Shown here in pieces: positions 11,265-24,571 of a DNA stretch of 64,000 nucleotides. The notes below the pieces were generated by a model, which ran no database searches, was not told the origin of the DNA, and worked only from the letters and a program-made list of their open reading frames with translations. Source of the DNA: Octopus sinensis (lineage: Eukaryota); the NCBI RefSeq assembly GCF_006345805.1, contig NC_042998.1:19158001-19222000 (forward strand). Direction: 5' to 3'. Made by a program: the position numbers and the translations under genes. Numbering within the stretch: the first letter of the stretch is position 1; each line of letters starts with the position of its first letter.

Positions 11265-11400
11265 CGGTTTATTTACTTTCTATTAAAATTTTATGTATTG
11301 ATTAAGTCTTTCCTTGTTTGTTTTGCAAAATAGTGGTTTTTTTCTCGAATTAATATTATATACATATATATATATTTACACACATATATAAAGTAAAAAG

Positions 11401-11432
<32 letters not shown>

Positions 11433-11671
11433 CAAAATAAAAACATGATGCAAAGGATTTAGCGGTACATATGTTTCTGGATTTTATTAGACGGTTTATA
11501 TCAATGCATAATTGATGTAATTTTTGTGTCAATAGCCTTCTTCGGCCGCGTACAATTACTACTCCACGGACATGTATTACATTATAAGTTTGGGAATGCA
11601 AATCCTCATAATCGTGTACAAGAGAGCGAGGCACCAAACCAAATTCGAAGCGTCCATCCCGTTTTTCACTC

Positions 11672-11725
<54 letters not shown>

Positions 11726-13143
11726 GGAATGCAAAAAGTGGGAAAAGAACGCAAAACATCCCAACAGCTACATGATACAAAAAAGGGACTAGAAAACACC
11801 CAGGCAGATGATACGGAAAAGGGACAAGAAAAACCACGGACGGGTCATTCGAAGATATATTTTCTCTGACATTTAATTTTTTTAATATATTCTTCAATAG
11901 GAACGTATCTAAATAGAAATACATTTGATTGTCCTCGAACTTTTCCTCTTACATATTTCGTCGATAATATGTCAGCAGGTCCCCGCTGTAGTTCAATTTC
12001 TCTTTATGTGTTCCTTTTTCCCTGCAATGATTTATGCAAACATATTTCTCAGAAGTTATATTAAATTAGTTATTCATTATCAATAATTATTTTCATACAT
12101 TTTCTTCGAAAACTATGGTAACTTAATTGATGTAATGATTACATCAACATGCCCTTCCAGTTATGTCCACTATTAGCTTTTGTTCTCTTTTAAGTCATTT
12201 TGTTCACACAGAAATACTTAACTTTCTGTGACAGATGCAACCCTATAATTAGTAAAATGTTTATTACCATTTATATTACTCGTCTGATCTTCAGATTTCT
12301 TTCTTCTATATTTAATAGCATATTTAGTTTACGTTTATCATTCCTCACACAATACTAGTATTCTTGAGCGGTAATTACCATTCTGTTCTAAGTATTCTAA
12401 TTATTATTATATCACAAATACAAAATTTAAAGTATCATGCTTTTGTGGAGAATTGCTAACAAGAAGCGGCACACTATCGTTATAATTATTGTCGAGATGT
12501 TTTTGGCTTAGAATTAGCGCACAGATCCCAATTTTGATCATACCCTAGTAGCTTAAAAATTAAATGATCGTTGATTGAAGGAGTTCCATTTGAAGTATGT
12601 ATTTTAAATAGGTGGGGTGATGACTCGTGAGTATAACGACTCATATCATAGATACCCTGCTTGAGTTGGAGTTGACGAACCGAAAAATAAAAGAAACGAC
12701 TAATACATCACTATCAACAAAAACATTTCTGGCTCAATTTTCTCTATGTTTAATGAACAAAATCAGCACTAACTCCTGGTGTACAGTGGATGCAGTGAAG
12801 TATATTGTGTGTGACGTAAGTGCAGTATAAATCTAAAGGGTATAAATTGGCAGGTATTTTTCCAAAGTTCCATAATTAGTGTGAAGTAAGAGTGCAACAG
12901 CAACTTCTATGAGTAGATATGTACCATAAATCTGTTAGAAAATATTAAATATTCTCTGAAGTGAGAATGATACATTCTTTATATAGTTTATTTTGCTCCA
13001 ATGGTTCCATTAGTTATCACAGGCGAAGTCCTACTACCCTAAGAAAATTAGTAGTAGTGTTTCTGGGTGTGTGTGTTTGTGTGTGCGTGCATGTGTGTGC
13101 GTTTGTGTGTGTGTGCATGTGTGTGTGTGTATGTATGTGTGTG

Positions 13144-13184
<41 letters not shown>

Positions 13185-15830
13185 TTGTGTTACAGCAGTG
13201 CTCCAAATAGGAATACGCAAAGCGTTTAAAAAATATAATTGTATTCAAACAATTAGGCCGTAGTCCTCGTTCACGTATTGTGTTAACAAGATTTTTTAAA
13301 AATCTATTTACAGAAAATTTAACAGGAACGTAACGTTCAAGCAAATGCCAGAAACAGTTAGTTGTAAGAGATAGGAACAAAAATATTATTTTTGCTGTAA
13401 AACATGGCATCGTTGAGAGTTCTAGCCCGCATCTGAATGATGCAATCACAAGAACAGTAAAATGAACTATGAAAATCTCTCATATCTATAGTAAAGAAAT
13501 TGTCATTAAGAAATCAAGATTTTCGAGATGCAAATGTTCACTCTGTTTCTGGCAAACTAGTCGGTTTACGAGCACTTTCTGTCGATCTGTACAGGCTGGC
13601 ATCCAAATCAATGACCTGGATTTATATGATTTTATGTGTGGATAATAGTTGAAGTTTGAGGTTGTGAAAGGAACGGTAGATGTAGTTAGACATCTCTAGA
13701 CATTCATGAAATGCATCAGAGCAATTCTCTTAATGGGCGTTTAGAGTGACATCTAGAACGTGCATGTGAATGCAGTAAACATGTGCGGTGGATTGTAAAA
13801 TTTTTGCAAACCCCCGGAGGTAGTTCCACCACTTTCGATTCACAGAATCGTGATATATGCGCAACTATAGATTGTAAAGACGCACTATGTCACTATGTCA
13901 CTCAGATCGCGTTTAGGTGATAGAATAATCGTCGCGTTACACGGTTTGCAAAGCGTAAACTTTCCAATGTTTCATCAATTTCGCTACACCGAATACAAAT
14001 ACGTTAGCTATATAAATACATAGGAATTATCAGAGTGTGAACATCAGCTGCTGAATGTCCATAACTTAAAGAATTTATAAAATTAACTCTGGATTTAGGA
14101 AAGAATCAACAATTTACAAATGCAGAGGATAGACAAGAAAATAGTTATGATTCTCGTTGAAGAAACATGTTAGTTTTGAGAATGGCCGGCGAAAATTTCC
14201 TTGATCTTAAACGTGGAGAATACATTGTTTGGGACAGACACATTCGGATGTACACACCTACAGCGTCAAATGAACGATTTGCATATATAAAAGAAAAAAG
14301 GTCCGATCGATTGTAAGACATTTTAAGAAACGTTCAAATGACGGTTTCGTTTTCAGAAGAGTATATTAACCAAGCTTGCAAGAATTATGACATACCTATA
14401 CCATGCCAAGACATTAGGATATACTTAGATACATCCAAAAATAGATAGAAGTAGCAATGGAAGAAACAGGGATAGGCACGTCTTCATATGGAAAACTAAA
14501 CACATGTAACAAACTAAGATTTCAAACTACAGAATGGTGTGAAAACACCAGCTGAAGCAGTAAGAGACTCACGAATCAATAAATTAGCCAGAAAATACTT
14601 AGTAAATAATAAGAGAAGGATATAGCTGCGGGTGTTGGCACACACATGTTTCTTGTCCAATACGAGCAAATGGTGGATTGTGATGTAAACTCCAGTGAAA
14701 TGTAGTCAGCTAAGTCTCTATAGATTTAAGTATGTTTGATCCTTCAAAGCAACAAGGCAATCCCATAGATAAAAGAGATCAAGTGATCTCTTCAAGAGCT
14801 GAAGGAAAAGTGTCATGATTCAACATCTAAGGTAGAAAGGACAGCTTTAATACATGTAGTTGTAAAAGCAAATTTAGTATTTCATGGGGACAGGGTTGGA
14901 AAGGTGAATATGAATAAAAAAAAATTCGCAAACTGATTTCCGAATGTAGAATCTAGCAACGGTATCAACTATGGATTCATCGACGAAAGTACCCGTCTTT
15001 GTTTTTAAGTCGAAGCCTGGCATTCTCTAACCTATAACAACTACACGCGATACTGAGGGGAAAGAAATAACAAAACGGAAAGATTCGAATAAAAGAAACA
15101 CCAGCGAGAAGTGAACTACTACGAAACGGCCTGTAAAAGCAATTTCATGTGATACCAGATGTAGTCAGAAAGATAACGCCAGAGCTTCTCAGCGCATGTT
15201 AAAACTATACTCACACTCATAAATATAGCAACTAAACAGGAAATTCAAACTACCATTTGTTCAGAGCCACATGCTTATCATATGAATTAAGTGTGTGATA
15301 TCTCTTAAGTTTGAGAATTACATAATGGTTATACACTTTCTACTTGTTTTATAGCCAATATTCTGCTCAATACCAATCGAACATTAGTGGTTGAAAATAA
15401 GTGCATCTCTAATAATGAGTAGGCGTAGAGGGGCAGCATCATAGCTTTAGGGGTTAAATAAATATAAGAAAACCTGTTTGAAGTAAATATTAGCCATTTT
15501 CATACTTTACAAGTATAAACAAATAGGAAATTACAGTTGTAGCCCAGGGCCAAAAATCTTTTTATACAGTGAATTTAAGTATGAAAGTAAGCAGGTGAAG
15601 GTCATAGAGGAACAATATGGAAAACAGAATAGAAACAATAACTGATGCAGAATGCGTGAAATGAAAATGAATATGCCAAACGAAACGTATCGAGGAGGAT
15701 TCAATGTTTCAGATTACGTGCTTTTTCAAGCAAAATATAAAGACACTGAAATGATGAGGAAAGAAAGAAATAGGAACATCAACATAAGATGAGTGTATAC
15801 ATTAGTGGTTTGGTAGAAACATATTCGCGC

Positions 15831-15888
<58 letters not shown>

Positions 15889-16781
15889 TGTCTCTTTCAG
15901 ACAGATAGATAGACACGGACACAGACATATACAGAGAGAGACACAAAAATACAACTTATATCAAACATGCAACATTTATACTTTATTAAACATTACTGCG
16001 TCTTTTGAAGATGTGCCACAATAACTAAATGGCAACTGAGATTTATTGCCTGGAGAGAACATAAGAATATGTGAATGTGTATTTCTGGGTGTGTAAGTGT
16101 GTACGTGTGTGTGTGTGCGCGTGTGTATGTGTGCATGTGTGTGTTACAGCTGTGCTCCAAATCAACAAAATTGAAAAAATAAATATTACATCGGCTTATG
16201 CGAAGAAAATTATAAAAGCTTCTGTGGAAACTACTAGTCTTCTCGAGGCATCGATAAAAATAAATTCGGCTTGGCTTGCTATGTATTAAACCTGAAGACC
16301 AAATGCACAGCATATACAATCAAGTGAAGTATCGGGAAAGAATATAATTTTGGTTCAAAGGGGTGCACGTTATATACGTAATCTGAAAGATTGCTCCTTT
16401 ATTTTCGGTCCAAATTTTTAGCAGGTTTTTTTTTATGATGCTTAGGTCAGCACCTGCTCCGGACTAAGTTTATATTTCAATGATTTTGTCCTAGTTTCTA
16501 TTATATTATTTTCTACTAGTTACATCAATTATAATTCCTGAGACAAATCGGACGAATGTCTTGGGTTTTACTTTCATTACTTTTCTTTCTTCACGTTCCA
16601 CTTTTTGGATGAACCTTCTTCGTATTTTTTTACTTCTCTTTTTTCTTTTCCTCTCACTTTTTTTCATGTTTTCTCATAGAGTATTGTTCTGATTTTTAAA
16701 TATACCTAACGCCATACAATGAGCCTAGAGGATTGCTTGGATATACATGGCATTTTTGTGTATATCTGCCAGTTTAATATA

Positions 16782-17183
16782 TACTCTCTTTACTTGTTTC
16801 TGTCATTTGACTGTAGCTATGCTGGAGCATCGCCTTTAGTCGAGCAAATCGACCCCAGGATTTATTCTTTACAAACCTAGCACTTATTCTATCGGTCTCT
16901 TTTGCCGAACTGCTAAATTACGGGGACGTAAACACACCAGCATCGATTGTCAAGCGATGTTGAGGGAACAAACACAGAAATACACACACATACACCCACA
17001 CATACATATATAAAAATAAACATATATAAACGACGGGCTTTTTTCAGTTTCCGTCTACCAAATCCACTCACAAGCCTGTGGTCGGCCCGAGGCTATAGTA
17101 GAAGACACTTGCCCAAGGTGCCACGCAGTGGGACTGAACCCGTAACTATGTGGTTCGTAAGCAAGCTACTTACCACACAGCCC
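16782..17183 (-). mobile_element. SINE family A (5' end eroded)
   Basis: Colinear with 1472-1884. Confidence 0.88.
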
Positions 17184-17650
17184 CCCCCCCCACAAAAACT
17201 ACTAGTAGCACTTTTGTAACTCTGTATATTAAATTTTACATACACATATATGTGTGAATGTGAGCACACACAACCATATTTATATGTGTATGTGTGTTTG
17301 CCAGAGCGTACGCCTCTATGTTTATCCAGTGACAGAGGAGAGTAAGTGAATTTGCTGTAGTAATATATTGATTAAGCTTATTTGTTAAAGTATGCAATAT
17401 TCGATGCTAAATTTATCCTTTTTGGAATCAAATGATATAATTAGTATTTCTATTATGATTCAGCAAATAACTTTGATAGCTGTGAGGGCAAGGATATTTT
17501 AAGAAAAGTTACTTGTTTGTTCAAGAAATGTCACATTGACTTATTGGCATTGAATGACTCATGCTTTCCTATCTCCAGGAATCTAATTTATCCAAACCAA
17601 ACCGTCCTAATATGGTTTCATAAATGTTAAATCTTGCATATTTCCCGATA

Positions 17651-18296
17651 ATCTTTACTACTGTAGGCACGAGGCCTCACATTTGCAGGAGGGGGCAAGC
17701 CCATTACCATCGACCCCAGTGCATCAGCGGTACTAAATTTATCGGTGAGCTGGCAGAAACGTTAGCACGCCGGGGGTAATGCTTAGCGGTATTTCGTCTG
17801 CCGTTACGTTGTGAGTTCAAATTCCGCCGAGGGTCGACTTTGCCTTTCATCCTTTCGGGGACGAAGAATTAAGTACCAGTTACGCACAGGGGGCGATGTA
17901 ATCAACTTAATACCTATGTCTGTCCTTGTTTGTCCCCTCTATGTTTAGCCCCTTTGGGTAATAAAGAAATAGGTACTAAATTTATCGACCCCGAAAGAAG
18001 GAAAGGTAAAGTCAAACACAGCGGAATTTGAACTCAGAACGCAAACACGGACGAAATACCAATTTCTTTACGACCCACAAGGGGCTAAACCCAGAGAGAG
18101 GACAAACAAGCACAGACAAACGGATTAAGTCGGTTATATCGACCCCAGTGCGTAATTGGTACTTATCTAATCGACCCCGAAAGGATAAAAGGCAAAATCG
18201 ACCTCGGCGGTGTTTGAACTCAGAACGTGGAGGCAGAAGAAATACTGCTAAGCATTTTTCCAGGTGGGCTAATGACTCAGCCAAATCGTTGCCCTT
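17651..18296 (-). mobile_element. SINE-B-type dimer, interrupted by a nested plus-strand SINE-B
   Basis: Minus-strand head near 18296, unit junction near 18060, alternative tail at 17651-17700. Confidence 0.7.
17745..17971 (+). mobile_element. SINE family B monomer with 16-bp TSD
   Basis: GGTACTAAATTTATCG at 17729-17744 and 17972-17987. Confidence 0.88.
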
Positions 18297-18592
18297 CATA
18301 TTTCCCGATGATATGATATGTGTCTTGAGAGTGACATTTGTTTAAATACTATTATAGATAAATATTTTCAATACGTTTTCTCAAATTTTGGAAGGAAGAA
18401 TTTTCGGAGAAGGGTTCAAATGGATTACACCACCACAAAACATCAATAGTACTTTATATCATCGATCCAGAAAAGATTCAAAGCGAAGTTGTCCTCCGTG
18501 ATATTTGAAATCAGAACCTAACTATCAAGAATAAATGCCACTCGGTTCGCTGCTTTTGTATCATTTCAGCAATAATATATTAATGCATGTAT

Positions 18593-18979
18593 GGCGGAGG
18601 GCTGGCAGAAACGTTAGCACGCCGGGCGAAATGCGTAGTCGTATTTCGTCTGCCGTTACGTTCTGAGTTCAAATTCCGCCGATGTCGACTTTGCCTTTCA
18701 TCCTTTCGGTGTCGATAAATTAAGTACCAGTTACGCACTGGGGTCGATATAATCGACTTAATGCGTTTGTCTGTCCTTGTCTGTCTCCTCTGTGTGTAGC
18801 CCCTTGTGGATAGTAAAGAAATAAGTATTTCTGAGTTCAAATTCCCCGTCGAGGTCGACTTTGCCTTTCATCCTTTCAGGGTCGATAAATTAAGTACCAG
18901 TTGCATACTGAGGTCGATCTAATCGACTGGCTCGTTCCCCAAGAATTTCAGGCCTTGTGCCTAGAGTAGAAATGAATAT
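18593..18979 (+). mobile_element. SINE family B dimer (second unit with alternative tail)
   Basis: Head plus unit, junction GAAATAA|GTATTTC at 18825, tail TTTCAGGCCTTGTGCCTAGAGTAGAAA. Confidence 0.85.
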
Positions 18980-19391
18980 CACTGGGAGGGGAACCGAATG
19001 AGCTAATGTCATCCAGGCTAAATATTTGCTTACGGTATGTCAGCATTTAAGTGTGGAAGTCACAAAATTTCAGTATAACCACATCCCTAGGATACCTACC
19101 CCTCTCCAAAAATGAAATTCTTACTTTTACGAAACGAGATTTTAATTGTCTAGCTAAAAAAAAAAAGTAACAAATGTTATCCGCCCATCAATTACTTGCA
19201 AGGAGGTATTGACAAAAAGCATTATAACAATAGTGTGTCATCTTTGTGACTGATTGCGGTTACATCCAGATTTTTAAGAGTTTTAGATCCTGTATGGCAA
19301 TTCCTGTGAGCATATTGTAAATAACATTGATTTTTACTTGAGAGTAGATAAAGTTCAAGTGTGGTACACTCACAACGTAGTTAATTATAAC

Positions 19392-19778
19392 AGGAGCGCA
19401 GGAGTGGCTGTGTGGTAAGTAGCTTGCTTACCAACCACATGGTTCCGGGTTCAGTCCCACTGCGTGGCATCTTGGGCCGACCAATGTCTTCTGAGTGGAT
19501 TTGTAGACGGAAACTGAAAGAAGCCCGTCGTATATATGTATATATATATATATGTATGTGTGTACATGTTTGTGTTTGTCCCTCTAGCATTGCTTGATAA
19601 CCGATGCTGGTGTGTTTACGTCCCCGTAAACGGTTAGCGGTTCGGCAAAAGAGACCGATAGATTAAGTACTGGGCATACAAAGAATAAGTCCCTGGGTCG
19701 ATTTGCTCGACTAAAGGCGGTGCTCCAGGATGGCCGCAGTCAAATGACTGAAACAAGTAAAAGAAAGTAAAGAGTAAA
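19392..19778 (+). mobile_element. SINE family A with internal deletion
   Basis: GCGCAGGAGTGGCTGTGTGGT head, (GTAAAAGA)n tail. Confidence 0.88.
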
Positions 19779-21000
19779 TATAGAAATTCATTCTCTAATG
19801 CAATATATTGTGACAAAATCAGTTTAAAATGTCTTTCAGTATGTGTATGATGAAACATACTCAATTTCTCATTTCCATTGAATATCCCTGTAAAACGTGA
19901 ATGTGTGTCTTATTCCTCGGCAAACTGTGTGTATCTACAATAAATAAGTTTAGAATCCGAAATAGTCTTGCAGGGTGTCTCTCTCTCCCTCTGTCTGTCT
20001 CTCTCTCTCTCTCTCTCTCACTATTTCTCTCTTTCATTCTCACTATTTCTCTCTCTTTCTCTCACTATTTCTCTCTCTTTCACACACTATTTCTCTCTCT
20101 CTCAATCTGTATACACACACATGTGTGTGTGTCTGCGCGTGTGTAATGAGCTTATGTAATTCTTTGCAAATATCTATAAATCATAGCATAATCAGACGCC
20201 TATATTCTATCTTCCAGAAAGTATTTCAAATGTCATACAAAACATGAACGTATTAACCACAAATAATTATTCGCTTGCCGAACATATTATTCTTAATCTT
20301 CTTCAGATGTAAAAATGAGACTAATTTTCCAAATATTGGCAAAATATCAAGTATTTTCTACTCATATTTTTAAAATATTGAAATTTTACTTCGTTTAACA
20401 AATAATGTCTAATTCGATTAATATATCCCGGCATGCCTATTATCCTGCGCCATGATCTCATGTATTTGAATGACAAATAAACAGAATGTATGTAGCGTGT
20501 CTCGATAACAATGTTTTATATATTTAGTTTTTTTTTTATTATCTTATGTTAACCTAAAGGTAGTTTAATGAGCTAAAATCAGTAATTATTGTTCATTTCA
20601 TTAAATTGTTTATGCCACAAGATTTCCTACATAGATCAAAATTTTGAAGGTATTGTTTATCAGGTTTTAATACGGGCTTAGCACGTGATACTAATTATAT
20701 ATTATCAATATAAAAGCATTTCGTTTCAAACACTAAGGCCTAATATAAATAATAACGACTAGTAAGGATCCCAATATGTCAGTGTATACACATGAGTACA
20801 AAATACAACTGGCTATAGCGTAGACTTCAGTGAAACAAATGCACACATGATACAAACCATCCATGATGAGTGACATTTCGGCAATTAATATTGTATTGAT
20901 TTTTGACCTTGTTAATGATCTCAGCAATTAATCATTTCTACTAATAAGCTGAAGGCCTGCATTGCTGGTTTCCTTTTGGTAGTGGTGGTGTGTGGTGGGC

Positions 21001-21160
21001 GGGAATTAATCGATTACATCGACCCCCCCGCCAGTTCGGAACTTGTACTTATTTCATCGACCTTGAAACGATGAAACTCGAAATGATGAAAAGCAAAGAC
21101 GGACGAAATGCTGTTAAGCATTTTGCCCGATGTGCTAATGATTTTGCTAGCTCTCAGCTT
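21001..21160 (-). mobile_element. degenerate SINE-B-type fragment
   Basis: CGATTACATCGACCCC and GACGAAATGCTGTTAAGCATTTTGCCCG motifs. Confidence 0.65.
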
Positions 21161-22411
21161 ATAGATAACAACGATTAATGCAAGTTATTATCGCCGTCTT
21201 TATCTTATTCACAATATTCATGGCGTTTTTCTTTTTCCAATATCATTGCTATTTATCGTCTTTGTTGTTCATCTCAAAAATTCTTATCATTAACCTTATC
21301 ATCAACGCAGCGCTCTCATCAAGCGTCCTTTGCTGTAGATTAAGTCACCATCTACTATGGAAACCCGTCGGCTTTGTGATTACTTTCATCTCGAAGTACT
21401 TCCGATTACTTTCAAATTAATTCTTTGTATTTCAACAGATTTAATCAAGCATATTTGGTTGACATATTATCTTCACAATTGATCATAGAAATACCTGATA
21501 CTATTATATATGATACTATTTAGTGATCATTTTGAAACATTTTGAAGCTGATAATACTTTCTAATGATGTGCTAATCTTGTACTAAATCTGAACCTCTGG
21601 TCTTATCTAAATATACTTCGATGTTACAATTCATGTGCCCAAGTCTTTGAAGTGAACAAGTAGTACATATTTTAGAGCTCTTAACCAGATTTAGTGTTAG
21701 ATTCAAAACACAGATTCGAATATGAATATTGTTTTTGAAAATGACATGAATGAAATAGGATATTGAATGCAACGAAAATATAAATGCGCTTAAAAGACTT
21801 GCAAAATGATAATAGACATTAAACAGAATTGAGCGAATATATATTAAGTAACAAAATATATCGGAGTTAAAAGGACTGAAGCAGCATTAAGATTTGGTTT
21901 AATCATTTCATCTTAACACTTTATGATGCAAGTTGTATAAGAAGTGCAGCTATTAAAAGAGCTTCTTCCTCGTCTGTTCATCCATATTCTGCCACCTATA
22001 AGAATTCTACAACTATTAGAATATGTCACAATTTAGATCCTACCTGACTGCTAGTCTAGCTTTAATTAGTAACGAAATACCCACCAAATTTCTCACTAAA
22101 GAAAAGATAAATATGAATGAAACATGATGTCATCCAGGATATACTTAAAAGTGACAGAGTGAGGGGATTCGGGATATCTTTATCTACAATTGTCCACAAT
22201 AGGGAGTGAGTGGTGTTAAATAAAAAATATCTACACACACTTACGATAACATAGATTTCTTACCTAAGCACAAAGTTTCGAAGTCTGGAAGATGGAACCG
22301 ACGATTATAATGTGTTTGGAAGGCAGGATAAAAATAATATTGGGACACAGAACACCGTGGAATATACAAAAATAACAGAATGCACTTTGTGTTAATATTA
22401 ACAATGATTTA

Positions 22412-22620
22412 AGGCAGCGAGCTGGAAGAATCGTTAGCACGCCGAGCGAAATGCTTAGCGGTATTTCGCCTGTTTTTGCGAAATGCTTAGCGGTATTTCG
22501 CCTGTTTTTCCGCCGAAGTCGACTTTGCCTTTCTTCCTTTCGGGGTCGATAAATTAAGTACCAGTCGACTGGCCCCAACCCCAAAATTTCGGGCCATGTG
22601 TCTAGAGTAGAAAAGAATAT
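22412..22620 (+). mobile_element. SINE-B-type copy (alternative tail) with internal 32-bp duplication and probable TSD
   Basis: AATATTAA(C/T)AATGAT on both flanks; GCGAAATGCTTAGCGGTATTTCGCCTGTTTTT occurs twice (22446, 22478). Confidence 0.8.
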
Positions 22621-23364
22621 TAATAATGATCTCATAACAGTGTCACGAGATCACATATTTCAGTGGAAGTATGTACAGATTTCAAATGATAACATGCCTT
22701 GATTATTACTACATTGTTTCATACAATCTTGCGAGAGGAAAGGTTAATTCGAAACTGAAAGGCTTTTGATATCTATCGTAAAGGGAGCCAAGCTGGTTGA
22801 TTAATAATACAATTTAGTAATGATAATAAACATAATGGTAAACATGAAACTGTAGGTCCTTTACATGCATGTTTGAACTGCGACATATGATTGGTAATTC
22901 TCCTTTAAATCACATGAAAATAGAAACGAAAGAAATACTTGTCGAAATACCCTTAGAAAGTCTCACTGGTCAGGTATGAAACAGTAAAGCAATTTTTTAA
23001 TTAAACCCAGCGTAATATTTAACACCCAAAACCTAGTTCGAAATGACAGGAATTGTCGACAATTTGCCATATTTTTTCTCTAGCAGTGCACACTATCAAA
23101 CACTAATCCCTTCGGAAGGATAACGTCAATAAGAAATAGGTTGCTGGATATAATAGACTTCACTTTCAAATAAAACTTTATCCTCTTAAAGTAGGTAAGA
23201 CACATTAAAAAATGTACTTTTAGATATATCAGAAAATAAGTTATAGACAGTTACAGTCTGAACTCCTTTAGGGCGTGTCAGGACGCGCAGGGGCAAAATA
23301 TATCAATAGACCTTCTCGAATACTAGTCATTTAATAACAATCTGACAAGTTTTACTGTTGTTAC

Positions 23365-23446
23365 TTCTACTGCTGTTTACATCAATTACTACTACTACTA
23401 CTACTACTACTACTAACACTAACACTACTAACACTACTGCCACCAT

Positions 23447-23490
<44 letters not shown>

Positions 23491-24449
23491 TTATTACTAC
23501 TTCTACTACTGCTGCTGCTGCTACAAATACTACTACTGCTACTGCCGCTACTTCTGCTGCCGCTTCTACTGGTGCACCTACTACTAATACTAGTACTTCC
23601 CCCACAATACTGTGGCTACTAATACCGCTGCTATTACTGCTACTTTTGCCAGGTTTTGCTTCTGTTAGTTCTGCTGGTGGTGGTGGTGCCCTCAATAATG
23701 AGATTAACACTATAAGCACCATGACACGTGGCACTACTACATTTCAAACAATCGCTTCCAAAACTTGCCTAAGATATCCAGTCTTATGATTGTCGCCATT
23801 GCTGCTGTTGCAGCTCCGTCTCCCTAAATGCTTAAAACGATAAAGAGAATTACATCTATCGCCGCCACCATCGCCACACCATCACCACCATTATTACTGC
23901 CATCATCAACAGCAACACCGTCACCACCAATACCTCCAACACTACTACTACTACTCTACTACTACTACTACTCTACTACTACTACTATACTACTACTATT
24001 ATTACTACTTCTACTACTGCTGCTGCTGCTACAAATACTACTACTACTGCTACTGCCGCTACTTCTGCTGCCGCTTCTACTGTGCACCTACTACTAATAC
24101 TAGTACTTCCCCCACAATACTGTGGCTACTAATACCGCTGCTATTACTGCTACTTTTGCCAGGTTTTGCTTCTGTTAGTTCTGCTGGTGGTGGTGGTGCC
24201 CTCAATAATGAGATTAACACTATAAGCACCATGACACGTGGCACTACTACATTTCAAACAATCGCTTCCAAAACTTGCCTAAGATATCCAGTCTTATGAT
24301 TGTCGCCATTGCTGCTGTTGCAGCTCCGTCTCCCTAAATGCTTAAAACGATAAAGAGAATTACATCTATCGCCGCCACCATCGCCACACCATCACCACCA
24401 TTATTACTGCCATCATCAACAGCAACACCGTCACCACCAATACCTCCAA

Positions 24450-24490
<41 letters not shown>

Positions 24491-24494
24491 ATAG

Positions 24495-24525
<31 letters not shown>

Positions 24526-24571
24526 ACTACTACTACTACTACTACTAATACTAATACTAATAATAATAATA
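23365..24571. repeat. (CTA)n/(CTG)n low-complexity region with a 510-bp tandem duplication
   Basis: 23488-23955 and 23996-24465 are essentially identical; the ORFs at 23828 and 24338 start identically. Confidence 0.9.

Larger units (their letters stand above)
10951..11362. mobile_element. palindromic non-autonomous Penelope-like element embedded in (TA)n
   Basis: 330-bp near-perfect palindrome 11033-11362 centred on G11197, plus an 82-bp unpaired left extension; second copy at 55681. Confidence 0.75.

Noticed and set aside
14170-14640. Possible ancient R4-like endonuclease fragment (IVWDRHI...)
   Set aside because: Only a weak resemblance to the LWD..NRPD motif; other motifs were not recoverable.
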